DNA from: an uncultured bacterium
GTDB lineage: Bacteria > Omnitrophota > Gorgyraeia > Zapsychrales > Aceulaceae
Length of the DNA: 64,000 nt
Direction: 5' to 3'
Assembly: GCA_937930175.1 (NCBI GenBank)
Contig: CALGLP010000004.1
Span: forward strand, 2,163 to 66,162
The notes under the pieces were generated by a model. That model was not told the DNA's origin, ran no database searches, and saw only the letters and a list, made by a program, of their open reading frames with translations. Positions 38,114 to 48,399 of the stretch are shown one piece after another (positions within the stretch are counted from its first letter, which is position 1; each line of letters opens with the position of its first letter). Position numbers and translations under genes: made by a program.

Positions 38114-38732
38114 AAAAAGTCAGAACTTAATAGAGATTGCCCGCAAAAAACGCTACATCTCCCTCGTTGAGAAACTGCAGCGAGGAACGCTATCAGCCAA
38201 GGAGCTTAAGGAGCTCGAGGAGTTTGAAAGATCCGAGCACAAAAAAGAAAGTAATGTACTTGATGGGACGGTTGACCTCGGGACAATTTCAGTATTCTTA
38301 GAGAAATCTCCCCGCATGGTCCGGCGTTACATAAAGCAGGGACTGCCGGTTATCCGGGATTCACAGGGAGAAATCTATCGTTTTAAAGTCAGCGATGTCT
38401 TCAAGTGGTTTTATGCTTCGCAAAATCCCGAAGACGGCAGCAAAGATTATTGGGAAAATGAATACCGCAAGAACCGCGCCAAATTAAGCGAGCTTGAATT
38501 AAAGCAAAAAGAAGGCGAGCTTATTCCTTTCGCAGATCACGCTTCATTAATCAAAAATCAGATCAGGGGTATCAGGGCAGGTTTTTTGAGATTACCAAAA
38601 TACATTGCACCTAAGTTGTACCAGCAGGAGCCGAAGGTTATTTGCGAGATGCTGGACGCAGAGCTTCGCTATATCATCAATCAGTTTGCAGGAGTGAAAA
38701 GTGGGGATAAAGATAGCCAAAGCAATAGTTAA
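38106..38732 (+). CDS. Terminase small subunit (Nu1-like wHTH), putative
   Basis: It lies directly upstream of the GpA-type large terminase. The HTH-like segment is ISVFLEKSPRMVRRYIKQGLPVIRDSQGEIYRFKVSDVFKWF. The start is taken at ATG 38106. Confidence 0.55.
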   Translation: MDEKSQNLIEIARKKRYISLVEKLQRGTLSAKELKELEEFERSEHKKESNVLDGTVDLGTISVFLEKSPRMVRRYIKQGLPVIRDSQGEIYRFKVSDVFKWFYASQNPEDGSKDYWENEYRKNRAKLSELELKQKEGELIPFADHASLIKNQIRGIRAGFLRLPKYIAPKLYQQEPKVICEMLDAELRYIINQFAGVKSGDKDSQSNS

Positions 38733-40551
38733 TACTGTTTTGCCTTATGCGGCGGAGGAATGGGTTTTGCCTAATAAGATGACGGTGAGTGAATGGGCGG
38801 ATGCATTCAGGCGGCTCGACGTGAAAACTTCTGCAGAGCCAGGGCAATGGTCAACAACCAGGACGCCGTATTTAAAAGGGATTATGGATGCGTTCACGGA
38901 TCCGTTTGTTGACGAAATAACGGTTATGGCAGCATCTCAAGTTGGGAAGACTGAAGCGATGTATAACATGCTGGGCTATGTCATTGACCAGGATCCGGGG
39001 CCGACGCTTATGGTCTCACCCCGGGCCGATGACGCAAAGAGCGTTTCGTATAATAGAGTCCGTCCAATGATTGAAGTTTCCCCTATATTAAATAAATATC
39101 TTCCTGAGAATCTCGATGATATCACGAAACTCGAATATCATTTTGACCGCATGATTCTTTATTTTGCAGGATCCAACAGCCCGGCCGATCTTGCATCGCG
39201 GCCTATCCGTTATCTGTTTTTAGACGAGGTTGATAAATATCCGAAATTTTCGGGCCGCGAGGCAGACCCGATAAAACTTGCCTCAGAAAGGCAGAAAACC
39301 TTTTGGAATAAAAAGACGATCAAGGTTTCAACGCCGACTACGCGCGAAGGATATATCTTCAGGGAATATGAGAAATCAGACCAGAGGCGATTTTATGTAC
39401 CATGCCCTCATTGCGGCAAACTGCAGGTTTTGTTATTTGGCCAGATTAAATGGCCGAGAGAGGAATCTTCGCCCGAGAGGATTAAGAATGAACGACTAGC
39501 ATGGTATGAATGTTTTCATTGCGGCAAGAAGATAGAAGACTCGCAAAAGCAGAAGATTATGTTAAGCGGTGAATGGATTCCAGAGAAGAAAGAAAAAAGC
39601 AGAAACCGCGGGTTTTGGGTAAGTTCTCTTTATTCTCCCTGGCTTACATGGAGTGACATCGCCTCGGAGTTCTTAAAATCAAAAGACTATATCGAGCTTT
39701 TAATGAACTTCGTCAATTCCTGGCTGGCAGAGGTTTGGGAAGAGAAAATCGAAGAGACAACAGTAGATAAGGTGCGCAACCTTGCCCGTGACTATGATGA
39801 GGGAGTTGTGCCGGATGAAGTTTTGGTTTTAACTGCAGGCGTGGATGTGCAGAAGGATCACTTTTATTTTGTGATACGCGGCTGGGGATATTACGAAGAA
39901 TCGTGGCTTATCCGCGCAGGCAGAGCTGAATATTGGGATGATCTGGTAGAAACCCTATTTAAAACAGAATACAAAAGATTATCTTCAGACGAAACCCTAG
40001 GTATCTATATGTCATGTATTGATTCAGGATTTCGAACGGATGAAGTATATCGTTTTTGCCGGAGCTGGGCCGATAAGACAAAAGCGATAAAGGGAGTTGA
40101 AGAAATCAGCGGAGGCAGATTTTACCGCGCAAACAAAATAGATATCAATTCGCGCACCGGCGCAGTTATCCCATGCGGGCTTGTCTTATGGCATTTAAAC
40201 GTAACACAATATAAGGATAAAATTAACCGGCTTATTACTTCCCGGGATCCGGTCAAGTGGCACATCTTTAAAAACCCAAGCGAGGAGTATCTGACTCAGT
40301 TTGCTTCTGAGCATAAGATATTGATACGCAACCGCACGACCGGCCGGGCAAAGGAAGTTTGGCAGAAAAAGAAAGAAGCAGCGGCAAATCACTTCCTTGA
40401 CGCCGAGGTTTACGCTTTAGCTGCGGCGGATATTATCCGCGCCTTGAATATCCGCAAGGACGGCGCCGTGAGAGTTTACCAGCCGAAAGCTAAAGAGCAT
40501 GAGCATTCAAGGGAAGATTGGATCCGGAAAAGGGAAGGGTCTTGGCTTTAA
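38701..40551 (+). CDS. Terminase large subunit, lambda GpA family
   Basis: 616-aa ORF with Walker A MAASQVGKTE, Walker B YLFLDEVDKY, and a C-terminal nuclease region. Size and order are as in lambda. Confidence 0.85.
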   Translation: MGIKIAKAIVNTVLPYAAEEWVLPNKMTVSEWADAFRRLDVKTSAEPGQWSTTRTPYLKGIMDAFTDPFVDEITVMAASQVGKTEAMYNMLGYVIDQDPGPTLMVSPRADDAKSVSYNRVRPMIEVSPILNKYLPENLDDITKLEYHFDRMILYFAGSNSPADLASRPIRYLFLDEVDKYPKFSGREADPIKLASERQKTFWNKKTIKVSTPTTREGYIFREYEKSDQRRFYVPCPHCGKLQVLLFGQIKWPREESSPERIKNERLAWYECFHCGKKIEDSQKQKIMLSGEWIPEKKEKSRNRGFWVSSLYSPWLTWSDIASEFLKSKDYIELLMNFVNSWLAEVWEEKIEETTVDKVRNLARDYDEGVVPDEVLVLTAGVDVQKDHFYFVIRGWGYYEESWLIRAGRAEYWDDLVETLFKTEYKRLSSDETLGIYMSCIDSGFRTDEVYRFCRSWADKTKAIKGVEEISGGRFYRANKIDINSRTGAVIPCGLVLWHLNVTQYKDKINRLITSRDPVKWHIFKNPSEEYLTQFASEHKILIRNRTTGRAKEVWQKKKEAAANHFLDAEVYALAAADIIRALNIRKDGAVRVYQPKAKEHEHSREDWIRKREGSWL

Positions 40552-40808
40552 TGGGGCGATGGCTTGAGAGAAAACCTAACTGGCTGAAAAATGTAGACCG
40601 TAATGATTCTGTTGAGCCGCAAAGAAATTTAGGCGGCAGGCCGCAGAATGAGTCAAAAGATTACGGAGTCAGATTTATTCCCTTAAAATGCCCCAAGTGT
40701 AAAAGCAAAGATATTAAATGTTATTCCAGCCATCCGCCGGTTAGATATCATATCTGCCAGAAATGCGGCCATAATTTCAAATCTGTTGAGGCTGAAGAGG
40801 ATGGATAG
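40551..40808 (+). CDS. Zinc-ribbon protein
   Basis: CPKCKSKD...ICQKCGH (two CxxC pairs). Its ATG overlaps the terL stop (TAATG). Confidence 0.4.
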   Translation: MGRWLERKPNWLKNVDRNDSVEPQRNLGGRPQNESKDYGVRFIPLKCPKCKSKDIKCYSSHPPVRYHICQKCGHNFKSVEAEEDG

Positions 40809-40987
40809 TTTTTACTAATTTGTAGTAACGACTATCTTGTCAATTACAGGGTTTCAAGTAATATAGAGTTAAAGAATATTTGCGCTAAAAGGTTGGCCGC
40901 CTTTATAAGCGCCCCAATAGTTTTATTAAGCCCGTTACCGTGCACGGCGGTGGCGGGCTTTTTTATTGGGTAAAATTGGAGGTTTAT

Positions 40988-41197
40988 GTGAGCGCGCCTA
41001 CAAAACAGGAAATGCTCGATGCTATTGAAACTGCTATCAACGGGTTAAGTTCAGGCGTGAAGTCATACACGATAAACGGCAGGACTATGACTTACCGCGA
41101 TATCGCAGACTTAAAACAAATGCGCGATCAGCTCAAGAAAGAAATGTCTCCCACATCAGATCGCACAACATACGCCTCTTTTAAGGATCCGTCATGA
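40988..41197 (+). CDS. Head-to-tail joining protein, gpW-like
   Basis: About 69 aa from the GTG at 40988, with a GGAGG RBS. YTINGRTMTYRDIADLKQMRDQL resembles the gpW family. It sits upstream of the portal gene, as in lambda. Confidence 0.5.
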   Translation: MSAPTKQEMLDAIETAINGLSSGVKSYTINGRTMTYRDIADLKQMRDQLKKEMSPTSDRTTYASFKDPS

Positions 41198-42780
41198 AAA
41201 AAAGCATCGGCGAAAAACTGGCAGACAGACTAGATGATATTATTTCTTTTTTCTCGCCCAAAGCCGGTTTTAAGAGGCGCATGTTCCGGCAGGCTATCGG
41301 TATTTCAGAGTCGTTTAGTTCTTATAAAGGCGCTTCAAGGTCAAGGCTTAGATCTAGCTGGCTTCCCGGAGGCGGCTCGGCAGATGAGGATTTATTGCCG
41401 GAATTAAAAGATATCCGCGAGCGCAGCCGAGACTTAAACCGCAACGACGCGCATGCTTCAGGGATCACCGGCACCATGACTACAAATGTTGTCGGTTCCG
41501 GGATAAGGCCGCAATCAAGAATTGATAAGGAATTATTGGGCATCGATGACGCTACGGGGAGCAGTTTCCAAAAACAAGCTGAGAGGGTCTGGAAGGACTG
41601 GCTTCCTTTTGCTGATGCCGGAAACCGCATGGACTTTTATGAAATCCAGCAGCTGGTGGACAGACAGATTTTAGAAAACGGCGAAGCAATCATTATCCCG
41701 AAGATGCTTAAAGAGCCCGGCAGGCTTTATTCTTTGGCGCTGCAAATTATCGAATCTGACCGGCTCGATACTCCGCCCCGTATGCAGGGGGATAAATCTA
41801 TAAGGTCAGGCGTACGGATTGGTGAAAAAGGCGAGCCGATTTCGTATTTCATTCAGAAGACGCATCCCGGAGATATCAGGTTTACAAAAAGGGGAGAAAG
41901 AGAATTTATTGAGATACCTGTCAGGAACGAATACGGGCGCAGGAATATTTTCCACCTGTATTTTGTTTTACGCTCAGGCCAGACAAGGGGCGTTCCATTC
42001 TTTGCGCCGGTCCTGACTTATTTCAAGGATTTAGCAGAATATGCTGAGGCCGAGCTTGTAGCGGCAAGGATAGCAGCGTGCTTTTCTCTTTTTATTACTT
42101 CGGAAGCGTCAATGGATGTAGCAGTTAATTCCGCTTATGACAAAAATTCTTCTGGGCAGCTTATCGAGTCATTAGAGCCGGGGATGATCAAACATCTTCT
42201 GCCCGGAGAAAACATTACCTCGTTTAATCCACAAAGACCGGGAGCTACTTTTGAGCCGTTTGTGGAAAGGATATTAAAAGCGATCTCTGCCGCCCTGGGC
42301 CTGCCGTATGAGCTGGTGGCAAAGGATTTCTCAAAGACAAATTATTCAAGCGCCCGGGCGGCTCTACTTGAGGCGCGCAGGTATTTCAGGATGAGGCAGG
42401 AGTGGCTTAGCCGTAAACTCTGCCAGCCGGTTTGGGAAATGCTTTTAGAGGAAGCATATCTTAACCGTCAGATTACGGCCGAAACATTTTATGAGAATAA
42501 GCGTTACTGGACAAACGCCTCATGGATTGCGCCGGGATGGGAATGGGTTGATCCGCTAAAAGAAGCGCAGGCCGCAGAGGTTGGATTGAAGAACGGCATT
42601 GTCACCTACTCTGACCTTTACGCGCAGGAAGGCAAAGACTGGGAAGAAAGTTTTGAGCAGCGCAAGCGCGAAGCCACAAAAATGAAAGAATTGGATTTGG
42701 AGTTTCCAAGCGATGAAAAAGCAAAAGAACCAAAAGAAACCAAAGATTCAAGCGGCCAGGAAGATAACAATCGGCAGTAA
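41194..42780 (+). CDS. Portal protein, lambda gpB family
   Basis: 528-aa ORF between the gpW-like and protease genes. Its length and acidic C-terminus are typical of lambda-family portals. Confidence 0.8.
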   Translation: MKKSIGEKLADRLDDIISFFSPKAGFKRRMFRQAIGISESFSSYKGASRSRLRSSWLPGGGSADEDLLPELKDIRERSRDLNRNDAHASGITGTMTTNVVGSGIRPQSRIDKELLGIDDATGSSFQKQAERVWKDWLPFADAGNRMDFYEIQQLVDRQILENGEAIIIPKMLKEPGRLYSLALQIIESDRLDTPPRMQGDKSIRSGVRIGEKGEPISYFIQKTHPGDIRFTKRGEREFIEIPVRNEYGRRNIFHLYFVLRSGQTRGVPFFAPVLTYFKDLAEYAEAELVAARIAACFSLFITSEASMDVAVNSAYDKNSSGQLIESLEPGMIKHLLPGENITSFNPQRPGATFEPFVERILKAISAALGLPYELVAKDFSKTNYSSARAALLEARRYFRMRQEWLSRKLCQPVWEMLLEEAYLNRQITAETFYENKRYWTNASWIAPGWEWVDPLKEAQAAEVGLKNGIVTYSDLYAQEGKDWEESFEQRKREATKMKELDLEFPSDEKAKEPKETKDSSGQEDNNRQ

Positions 42781-42830
42781 AACCCAGATGGCCATGCCGA
42801 AGGAGCTTGATATTCGGATAGGAGAACAAG

Positions 42831-43964
42831 ATGCCCAATAAGGATATTCTTTTTCGCACGGACATAGCACGGGCCGGAGGTGTCCGGGTCAGCAGGAATA
42901 ATGAGGTGGTTGAAGGCTTTGCAGTTGTCACCAAAGGCGTCACACATGACGAAAGGGGGGAGTTTGATGATACAGCGTTAGACAAAATTGTTGAACTGGG
43001 GAATCAGCCAAAGATGGGGATCAAATCGAGGTTTGGCCATCCCAACATGAGTTCAACCGCCCTAGGTACGTTTCTGGGAAGGGTTAAGAATTTTAGGCGG
43101 GACGGCAGCATTGTTAGGGCGGATCTGCATATTGATCAAACCGCGCATAAGACGCCAGATGGAGACCTTGCGGGTTATACCATGGAGCTTGCGGAAAGCG
43201 ATCCCGACGCATTCGGTTCTTCCATGGTCATACATTGGGACGAGGAGTACCGGCAGGAAAAAGACGGGTCCTTGACAAAGGATGAGAAGGGCAATGCTTT
43301 GCCGCCGCTTATCCGTGTTAAGAAATTGATGTCGGTGGATATCGTTGACGATCCGGCAGCGAATAACGGCCTTTTCGGCATGCCGTTTTTATCTGAGTCT
43401 GTAAAGCCATCAGCAGAGATGACGGGGTTTCTGGACAGGTTCTTAGAGCAGCCGGATGCCGTTGAGCGGGTGATTGCATTTTTGGAGAGGTATCGAACGA
43501 ATAAAGATGAATTTCAAACTATCTTAAAAAAACAGGAGGTGAAAACCATGCTTGAAAATTTAACCGTAGAGCAGTTGAAAAAGGAGCGGGCAGATATTTT
43601 TGATTCCGTCTTCAAGTCAGGTCTTGATGAGGGAGTCAAAAAGGGCGGCGAGTACGGGCAGAAACAGGAAAGAGAGCGGGTTGTAGCGATCTTAAAGAAA
43701 GCGAAGGCTTTCAAAGATATGAATGACCTTGCTATTGCCGCGGTTGAGAACGGATTGTCTTTAGAGCAGGCAACAATCAGTTTTCAGGACAAACAGCTTG
43801 CTGGCCTTCAGCATGCCCAGGCGCCGGATGTCGGGCCTGATAACGACGAGGACAAAGGCAAGAAGCCGACGACTCATCTTGAAAGGGCGCATGCCTATAA
43901 ACAGGAGCATAACTGTAGCATGACCGAAGCGTTAAAGGCAACAGCAGAAAAAAGAAAGCAATAA
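42831..43964 (+). CDS. Prohead protease / scaffold fusion, putative
   Basis: 377-aa ORF in the gpC/Nu3 position. An N-terminal globular half is followed by a coiled-coil C-terminal half (LENLTVEQLKKERADIFDSVF...ERERVVAILKKAK). Confidence 0.55.
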   Translation: MPNKDILFRTDIARAGGVRVSRNNEVVEGFAVVTKGVTHDERGEFDDTALDKIVELGNQPKMGIKSRFGHPNMSSTALGTFLGRVKNFRRDGSIVRADLHIDQTAHKTPDGDLAGYTMELAESDPDAFGSSMVIHWDEEYRQEKDGSLTKDEKGNALPPLIRVKKLMSVDIVDDPAANNGLFGMPFLSESVKPSAEMTGFLDRFLEQPDAVERVIAFLERYRTNKDEFQTILKKQEVKTMLENLTVEQLKKERADIFDSVFKSGLDEGVKKGGEYGQKQERERVVAILKKAKAFKDMNDLAIAAVENGLSLEQATISFQDKQLAGLQHAQAPDVGPDNDEDKGKKPTTHLERAHAYKQEHNCSMTEALKATAEKRKQ

Positions 43965-43983
43965 AAAACGAAGGAGGAGAAAG

Positions 43984-44337
43984 ATGTCACAGTTTAATAT
44001 CGGATCAAAAGCGTTTGTGGCGGGCGAGGCATTAGAAGCTTACCGCAGAGTAAAGTTAAGCGCAGGAAGCGGCACGCAGGTTGAATACGCAGATGCAGGC
44101 GAGGCCTTTATCGGGTTTACCGCGGCCAAGGCAGCGCTGGGCGAGATGGTCAGTGTAGATCTAAAGACCACGGGCCGGACATTTAAAGTTGAAGCTAACG
44201 GCGCGATTGCCGTCGGCGGAAATTTTTACGGCGCAAACGACGGAAAGGTAAGCGCTACGGTAAGCGGTTCGATTCAGGGCCGGGTGCTTGAAGCAGCTGC
44301 TTCAGACGGCGAGATTATCGAAGGATTATTGCTGTAA
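43984..44337 (+). CDS. Head decoration protein (DUF2190-like)
   Basis: 117-aa Gly/Ala-rich ORF immediately upstream of the major capsid gene. Confidence 0.55.
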   Translation: MSQFNIGSKAFVAGEALEAYRRVKLSAGSGTQVEYADAGEAFIGFTAAKAALGEMVSVDLKTTGRTFKVEANGAIAVGGNFYGANDGKVSATVSGSIQGRVLEAAASDGEIIEGLLL

Positions 44338-44364
44338 ACAAATATTTAAAGACAGGAGGATACA

Positions 44365-45324
44365 ATGGGAGTTGATTATCAGGGTTCAAGGGCAGTACCG
44401 AGGTTAGAGCTGGGCGAAGCGGCTTTGGAATTTATCCAGCAGCAGGATGAGTTTATCGGGACGCAGGTGTTGCCGATATTCCCGACCAAGAAAAAGGCAA
44501 GCATATTCCCCGCAATAACCAGGGAAAGCATCACGCGCGAAGCAGATACCAAGAGGGCCCCGCGCGGCAACTATAACAGGGACGGGTTTCAGGCAAAGGA
44601 CAAGCAGTATAACTGCGAAGAATACGGCCTTGAAGGGCCTCTTGATGACAGTGAGAGGAGCCTTTATGCGACGGACTTTGATGCAGAGCTTACCACGGTG
44701 CAAATCATCACGCGGCGTGTTTTACAGGCTCAGGAAAGGCGTATCGCAGGGATTGTGTTCAACACAGCCACGTTTGCCGGGCCCGCGCTCTACACCGACA
44801 ATTCCGGCGCTCCTTGGGACAACCCAAGCTCTGATGTTCCGCTGCAGGTGCGCGCGGCAAGAGAAAGGGTAAGAGCCAATTGCGGGATTGATCCGAACGC
44901 TCTTATCTGCAGCAAGGCCAATATTGACCGCCTATTGGCTAATAACAGCATCAAGGACGCGATCAAGTATGTGGCCAGGCTTACTGAGGCAGAGATACTT
45001 AACGCCCTCGCAGATATCCTTGGCGTGCGCAGGATCCTTGTAGGCAAAGGAATCTACAACACAGCCAAAGAAGGCAAGCCGTTCGCCAGCGCGGATATCT
45101 GGAATGACGATTACGCGATGGTAGCAACTATCGGAGATTCGCAGCGGCTTTCCGATCCGAGCGTTGGAAGGGTGTTTTTGTGGAGCGCTGACAGCCCAGA
45201 GAACGCGACAGTCGAGCAGTACCGCGACGATGCGGCACGCAGCGATATCTTCCGCGTAAGGCAGCACGTGGATGAAATAATCATCGATCCGTTTTTTGCG
45301 CATTTGATGAAAGTCGACGCCTAA
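44365..45324 (+). CDS. Major capsid protein, lambda gpE-like
   Basis: 319-aa ORF. Its position after the decoration protein and its size match the capsid E family. A strong hairpin follows it. Confidence 0.75.
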   Translation: MGVDYQGSRAVPRLELGEAALEFIQQQDEFIGTQVLPIFPTKKKASIFPAITRESITREADTKRAPRGNYNRDGFQAKDKQYNCEEYGLEGPLDDSERSLYATDFDAELTTVQIITRRVLQAQERRIAGIVFNTATFAGPALYTDNSGAPWDNPSSDVPLQVRAARERVRANCGIDPNALICSKANIDRLLANNSIKDAIKYVARLTEAEILNALADILGVRRILVGKGIYNTAKEGKPFASADIWNDDYAMVATIGDSQRLSDPSVGRVFLWSADSPENATVEQYRDDAARSDIFRVRQHVDEIIIDPFFAHLMKVDA

Positions 45325-45348
45325 TTAAGCGTCTGAAACAAGCAATGT

Positions 45349-45375
45349 GCCGGGAGGCTTTAACAGCCTCCCGGC
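45349..45375 (+). terminator. Stable hairpin after the capsid gene (attenuator-like)
   Basis: GCCGGGAGGC-TTTAACA-GCCTCCCGGC, a perfect 10-bp GC-rich stem with no clear T-run. Confidence 0.4.
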
Positions 45376-45396
45376 AAGGCTTGGAAAGCGGGGCCT

Positions 45397-45744
45397 ATGG
45401 CTTTCAAAGATAATTTAGCGCAAGATGCGGCAAAGATATTTTTAAACTCGGATGAGTTTGCCGAGGAAATTACCTACACGCCTAAAGGCGGCGCTGCGAA
45501 AGTTATTAAAGCGCTTGTGAACCGCAAGCGCATAGACCCTGCCTATGAGGATGCGGGCCGCGTCCTTTTAAACCAATTTGAGATATTTATTGCTAATGAC
45601 GAAACATCCGGCATCGCATCCATTAACAAAGGCGGGGATCTGGTTTCGCTTGCGGAGTTTATCGGCGGAGCTGCAATTGACTGGGTAGTGGCTGATATCT
45701 TAGGTCAAGACGAAGGGGTATGGCATTTGCTTTTGCAAAAATGA
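45397..45744 (+). CDS. Head-tail connector/adaptor protein, putative
   Basis: 115-aa ORF assigned by position in the head-tail joining block only. Confidence 0.3.
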   Translation: MAFKDNLAQDAAKIFLNSDEFAEEITYTPKGGAAKVIKALVNRKRIDPAYEDAGRVLLNQFEIFIANDETSGIASINKGGDLVSLAEFIGGAAIDWVVADILGQDEGVWHLLLQK

Positions 45745-46346
45745 GCGAACTAAGACTAGAGATTAATACAAAGAATTTAGAGCGGGCAATCAGGATTTTC
45801 CCTAAAGAGCTTAAATACGAAATTGCCGACGGGATGGATCATGCCACGAGGAAGTTCTTGAAAATCTTTAAACAAACCAGACTCCAGGGCCCGCCGGGAA
45901 TCAAAGGCAGGCCGCACGGGATATTTACTCATTTTCAAAGAGCAAGCTTTGTGTCGCAGGATATCGAGGGTATGGGTATGGTGATTTTCTCGGATTCGAA
46001 GATTGCCCGTATGCATGAGGAAGGCGCGATACTTAAGAATCCAGGCGGCGGGAAGCTTGCAGTGCCGCTTTCGGCAAGAAAAGAGCTTTTTACCTCTGAC
46101 GGCAGGCTTAAGAAGCAATACAAACAGCCCAGGCTGCTCAAGAATGTTATCCCTATCCAATTAAAAGGTAAAACATTCTTGGCCAAGGTTAAAAAGAAAC
46201 TGCGCGAGCTGATACCTATTTTTGTTTTAAAAAACAGCGTGCGCATACGCCCCCGACTTATGTTCTACAAAACCTGGGATGACATGCAGAATGAGCGGAT
46301 AGATATCTTAAACAAATCAATCGAAAAGGCGCTGAATAAAGTATGA
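45741..46346 (+). CDS. Head-tail joining / tail completion protein, putative
   Basis: About 201 aa, with an ATGA overlap to the previous ORF. Assigned by position only. Confidence 0.3.
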   Translation: MSELRLEINTKNLERAIRIFPKELKYEIADGMDHATRKFLKIFKQTRLQGPPGIKGRPHGIFTHFQRASFVSQDIEGMGMVIFSDSKIARMHEEGAILKNPGGGKLAVPLSARKELFTSDGRLKKQYKQPRLLKNVIPIQLKGKTFLAKVKKKLRELIPIFVLKNSVRIRPRLMFYKTWDDMQNERIDILNKSIEKALNKV

Positions 46347-46801
46347 CAGTCAGAGAAAGTATTTTGGAAAATTTAAAGATAACACTTGAGGCCATATCAA
46401 TTGCAAACGGCTATCACAATGACATTGCCAGCGTGCAAAGGTGGCGGCAGTCCGGCAATTCTCTTGTTTCAATTCCCTGCATTGTTATTAATGCCGGGCC
46501 CGAAGAAAAAGAGCCGGTGCCTAATCCTTTTACGACCTGTAAGCTTACCGTCTATCTCGATGTTTGGATGAGGCAGGCGCAGGATGATCCGCAGTCAACA
46601 GATACGCTCTTAAACAGTCTTTTAGGGGATATTGAAAAAGCGCTTATGGTTGACTACACGCGCGGAGGTTTTGCCAAGGATACAAATATTAAGTCCAATG
46701 TCCTTTTTGAAACTTTAGAAGGCCAGCCCCAGTCAGGCATAATCACAGAGCTTGAGATAATTTATCAGCACAAACAAAACGATCCCGAAGTGTCGGGATA
46801 G
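46343..46801 (+). CDS. Tail terminator-like protein, putative
   Basis: 152-aa ORF overlapping the previous stop. Assigned by position only. Confidence 0.3.
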   Translation: MTVRESILENLKITLEAISIANGYHNDIASVQRWRQSGNSLVSIPCIVINAGPEEKEPVPNPFTTCKLTVYLDVWMRQAQDDPQSTDTLLNSLLGDIEKALMVDYTRGGFAKDTNIKSNVLFETLEGQPQSGIITELEIIYQHKQNDPEVSG

Positions 46802-46814
46802 AGGAGGTTAAACC

Positions 46815-47957
46815 ATGCTTACGCGTAAAAGGCAGCTTGCTGCAAAGATAGAAGTGGCAGAAGGTGCTGCTGAAGCCTTGGCTGCGGCTGATGCCAGGCT
46901 TTTAGTCTACAACCCGAAGGTGAGTTTTGATATAGCTATGTTTGAACGCAACCCTGCGCGGCAGTCGTTCTCAAATATCGCCAAGCTTCCCGGCAAGCGG
47001 CCAGCAGGCCTGTCATATCGGCTGGAGTTAAGAGGCTCAGGCATTGCCGGTACCGTTCCTGAATGGGCGAAGATTTTACAAGCCTGCGGATTCGGAGTCA
47101 GCCAGCTTAAGTCAATGAATATAGGCGCAGTTACCAACGGGCCTTTTGAGCACGGAGAAACAATTACCGGAGGGACTTCCGGCGCAAAAGGCAGGGTGGT
47201 GGTTAATACTGCAAACGGCTCGCCGAATATTTACTTTGTATCTATCTCAGGGGCATTTGAGTCAGCCGAGACTATTACAGGCGGCACATCAGGTGCAACA
47301 GCAACTACTTCGTCTGCGCCGGTAACAGTGGGTAATGAGATTAAGCCTATCTCTGATAACATTCCCTCGCTTACCCAGGGCAGTTATGAAGACGGTGTGC
47401 GCAAGCTCTTAAAGGGCTGCCGGGGCAAGGTGAAGTTTAGTTTTAAGTCAGGCGAGCCGGTGCTTCTTGATTTTGATTTTCAGGGTGTAGAAGCGGGAGT
47501 GAGCGATTTATCTTTTCTTGCAGATGTCGCTTACGAGAATACAAAACCGCCGGTATTCTTAAGCGCGCTTTTCTCAGTGGATGCCTATTCGGCGAAGATA
47601 GGGGAGATGGATATCGATGTTGGTAATACCCTGGCGGTTCGCGATGACGTTAATGACCCAAGAGGGATTTTATCTTTTGCTGTCACGGGAAGGAGTGTTT
47701 CCGGCTCATTCAATCCGGAGATGGTTTCCTGCGCGGCGCACGATTTTCATTCCAAATGGTTTTCGGGAGCTGAGATGGTGATTGATTTTACTGTTGGCCA
47801 GACAGCCGGAAATAAGTTTAGGTTTTATGTGCCAAGGGCGCAGTATACCAAAGTCGACGATGAAGATAGAGACGGCCTGCAATTAGCCAAGAGCACTTTT
47901 GGTTTGAACGGATCGCTTTTATACGGCGATGACGAAGTATCAATCTTAGTATTTTAA
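46815..47957 (+). CDS. Major tail (tube) protein, putative, with an internal duplicated ETITGGTSGA motif
   Basis: 380-aa ORF immediately upstream of the tail chaperone pair. A GGAGG RBS is present. Confidence 0.5.
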   Translation: MLTRKRQLAAKIEVAEGAAEALAAADARLLVYNPKVSFDIAMFERNPARQSFSNIAKLPGKRPAGLSYRLELRGSGIAGTVPEWAKILQACGFGVSQLKSMNIGAVTNGPFEHGETITGGTSGAKGRVVVNTANGSPNIYFVSISGAFESAETITGGTSGATATTSSAPVTVGNEIKPISDNIPSLTQGSYEDGVRKLLKGCRGKVKFSFKSGEPVLLDFDFQGVEAGVSDLSFLADVAYENTKPPVFLSALFSVDAYSAKIGEMDIDVGNTLAVRDDVNDPRGILSFAVTGRSVSGSFNPEMVSCAAHDFHSKWFSGAEMVIDFTVGQTAGNKFRFYVPRAQYTKVDDEDRDGLQLAKSTFGLNGSLLYGDDEVSILVF

Positions 47958-47973
47958 CAAAAGGAGGAAAGCC

Positions 47974-48399
47974 ATGCTTACGGGAATTAATATTTACGAA
48001 ACCAAACCTTACAAGTCAAAACTGGATCTTGACAAAGATAACTCCACGGTTTTTCACGTCGGGCTTCTTGATTCTCATTCGAGGGCCTACATTGAGGATC
48101 AAACTACCTCTTTTGAATTCAGCTCCAAGAATCCGAAGGATCCGGCTAAGGCAAACATCAACGCCTCAAAGCGCAATCTCTTGGTGGTGAAGTTTGGGCT
48201 GAAAGGTTTCGACAACTTCCTGGATCCGCGCGACAGGAAGCCGCTCAAATTTGATACGGTCTCAACAGCTATAAACGGGAAGAATTATTCAGCAGTCGCA
48301 GATGAAATTATAGCGATGTTGCCTAAGGCTTTGATAGATGAGCTTTCGGAAGTGATTTTAGCCGAGAATTCTTTGAGCGAGGACGAAGAAAAAAACTAA
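47974..48399 (+). CDS. Tail assembly chaperone (gpG-like)
   Basis: 141-aa acidic ORF directly upstream of the tape measure gene. It ends at a slippery heptamer. Confidence 0.65.
   Translation: MLTGINIYETKPYKSKLDLDKDNSTVFHVGLLDSHSRAYIEDQTTSFEFSSKNPKDPAKANINASKRNLLVVKFGLKGFDNFLDPRDRKPLKFDTVSTAINGKNYSAVADEIIAMLPKALIDELSEVILAENSLSEDEEKN

Noticed and set aside
40809-40987. The 180-nt non-coding gap before the gpW-like gene, considered as the cos/packaging site.
   Set aside because: Only a terminator-like hairpin is evident (GCCCG...CGGGC followed by TTTTTT, around 40930-40972). In lambda-like phages cos lies upstream of the small terminase gene, and nothing here lets me identify cohesive ends.
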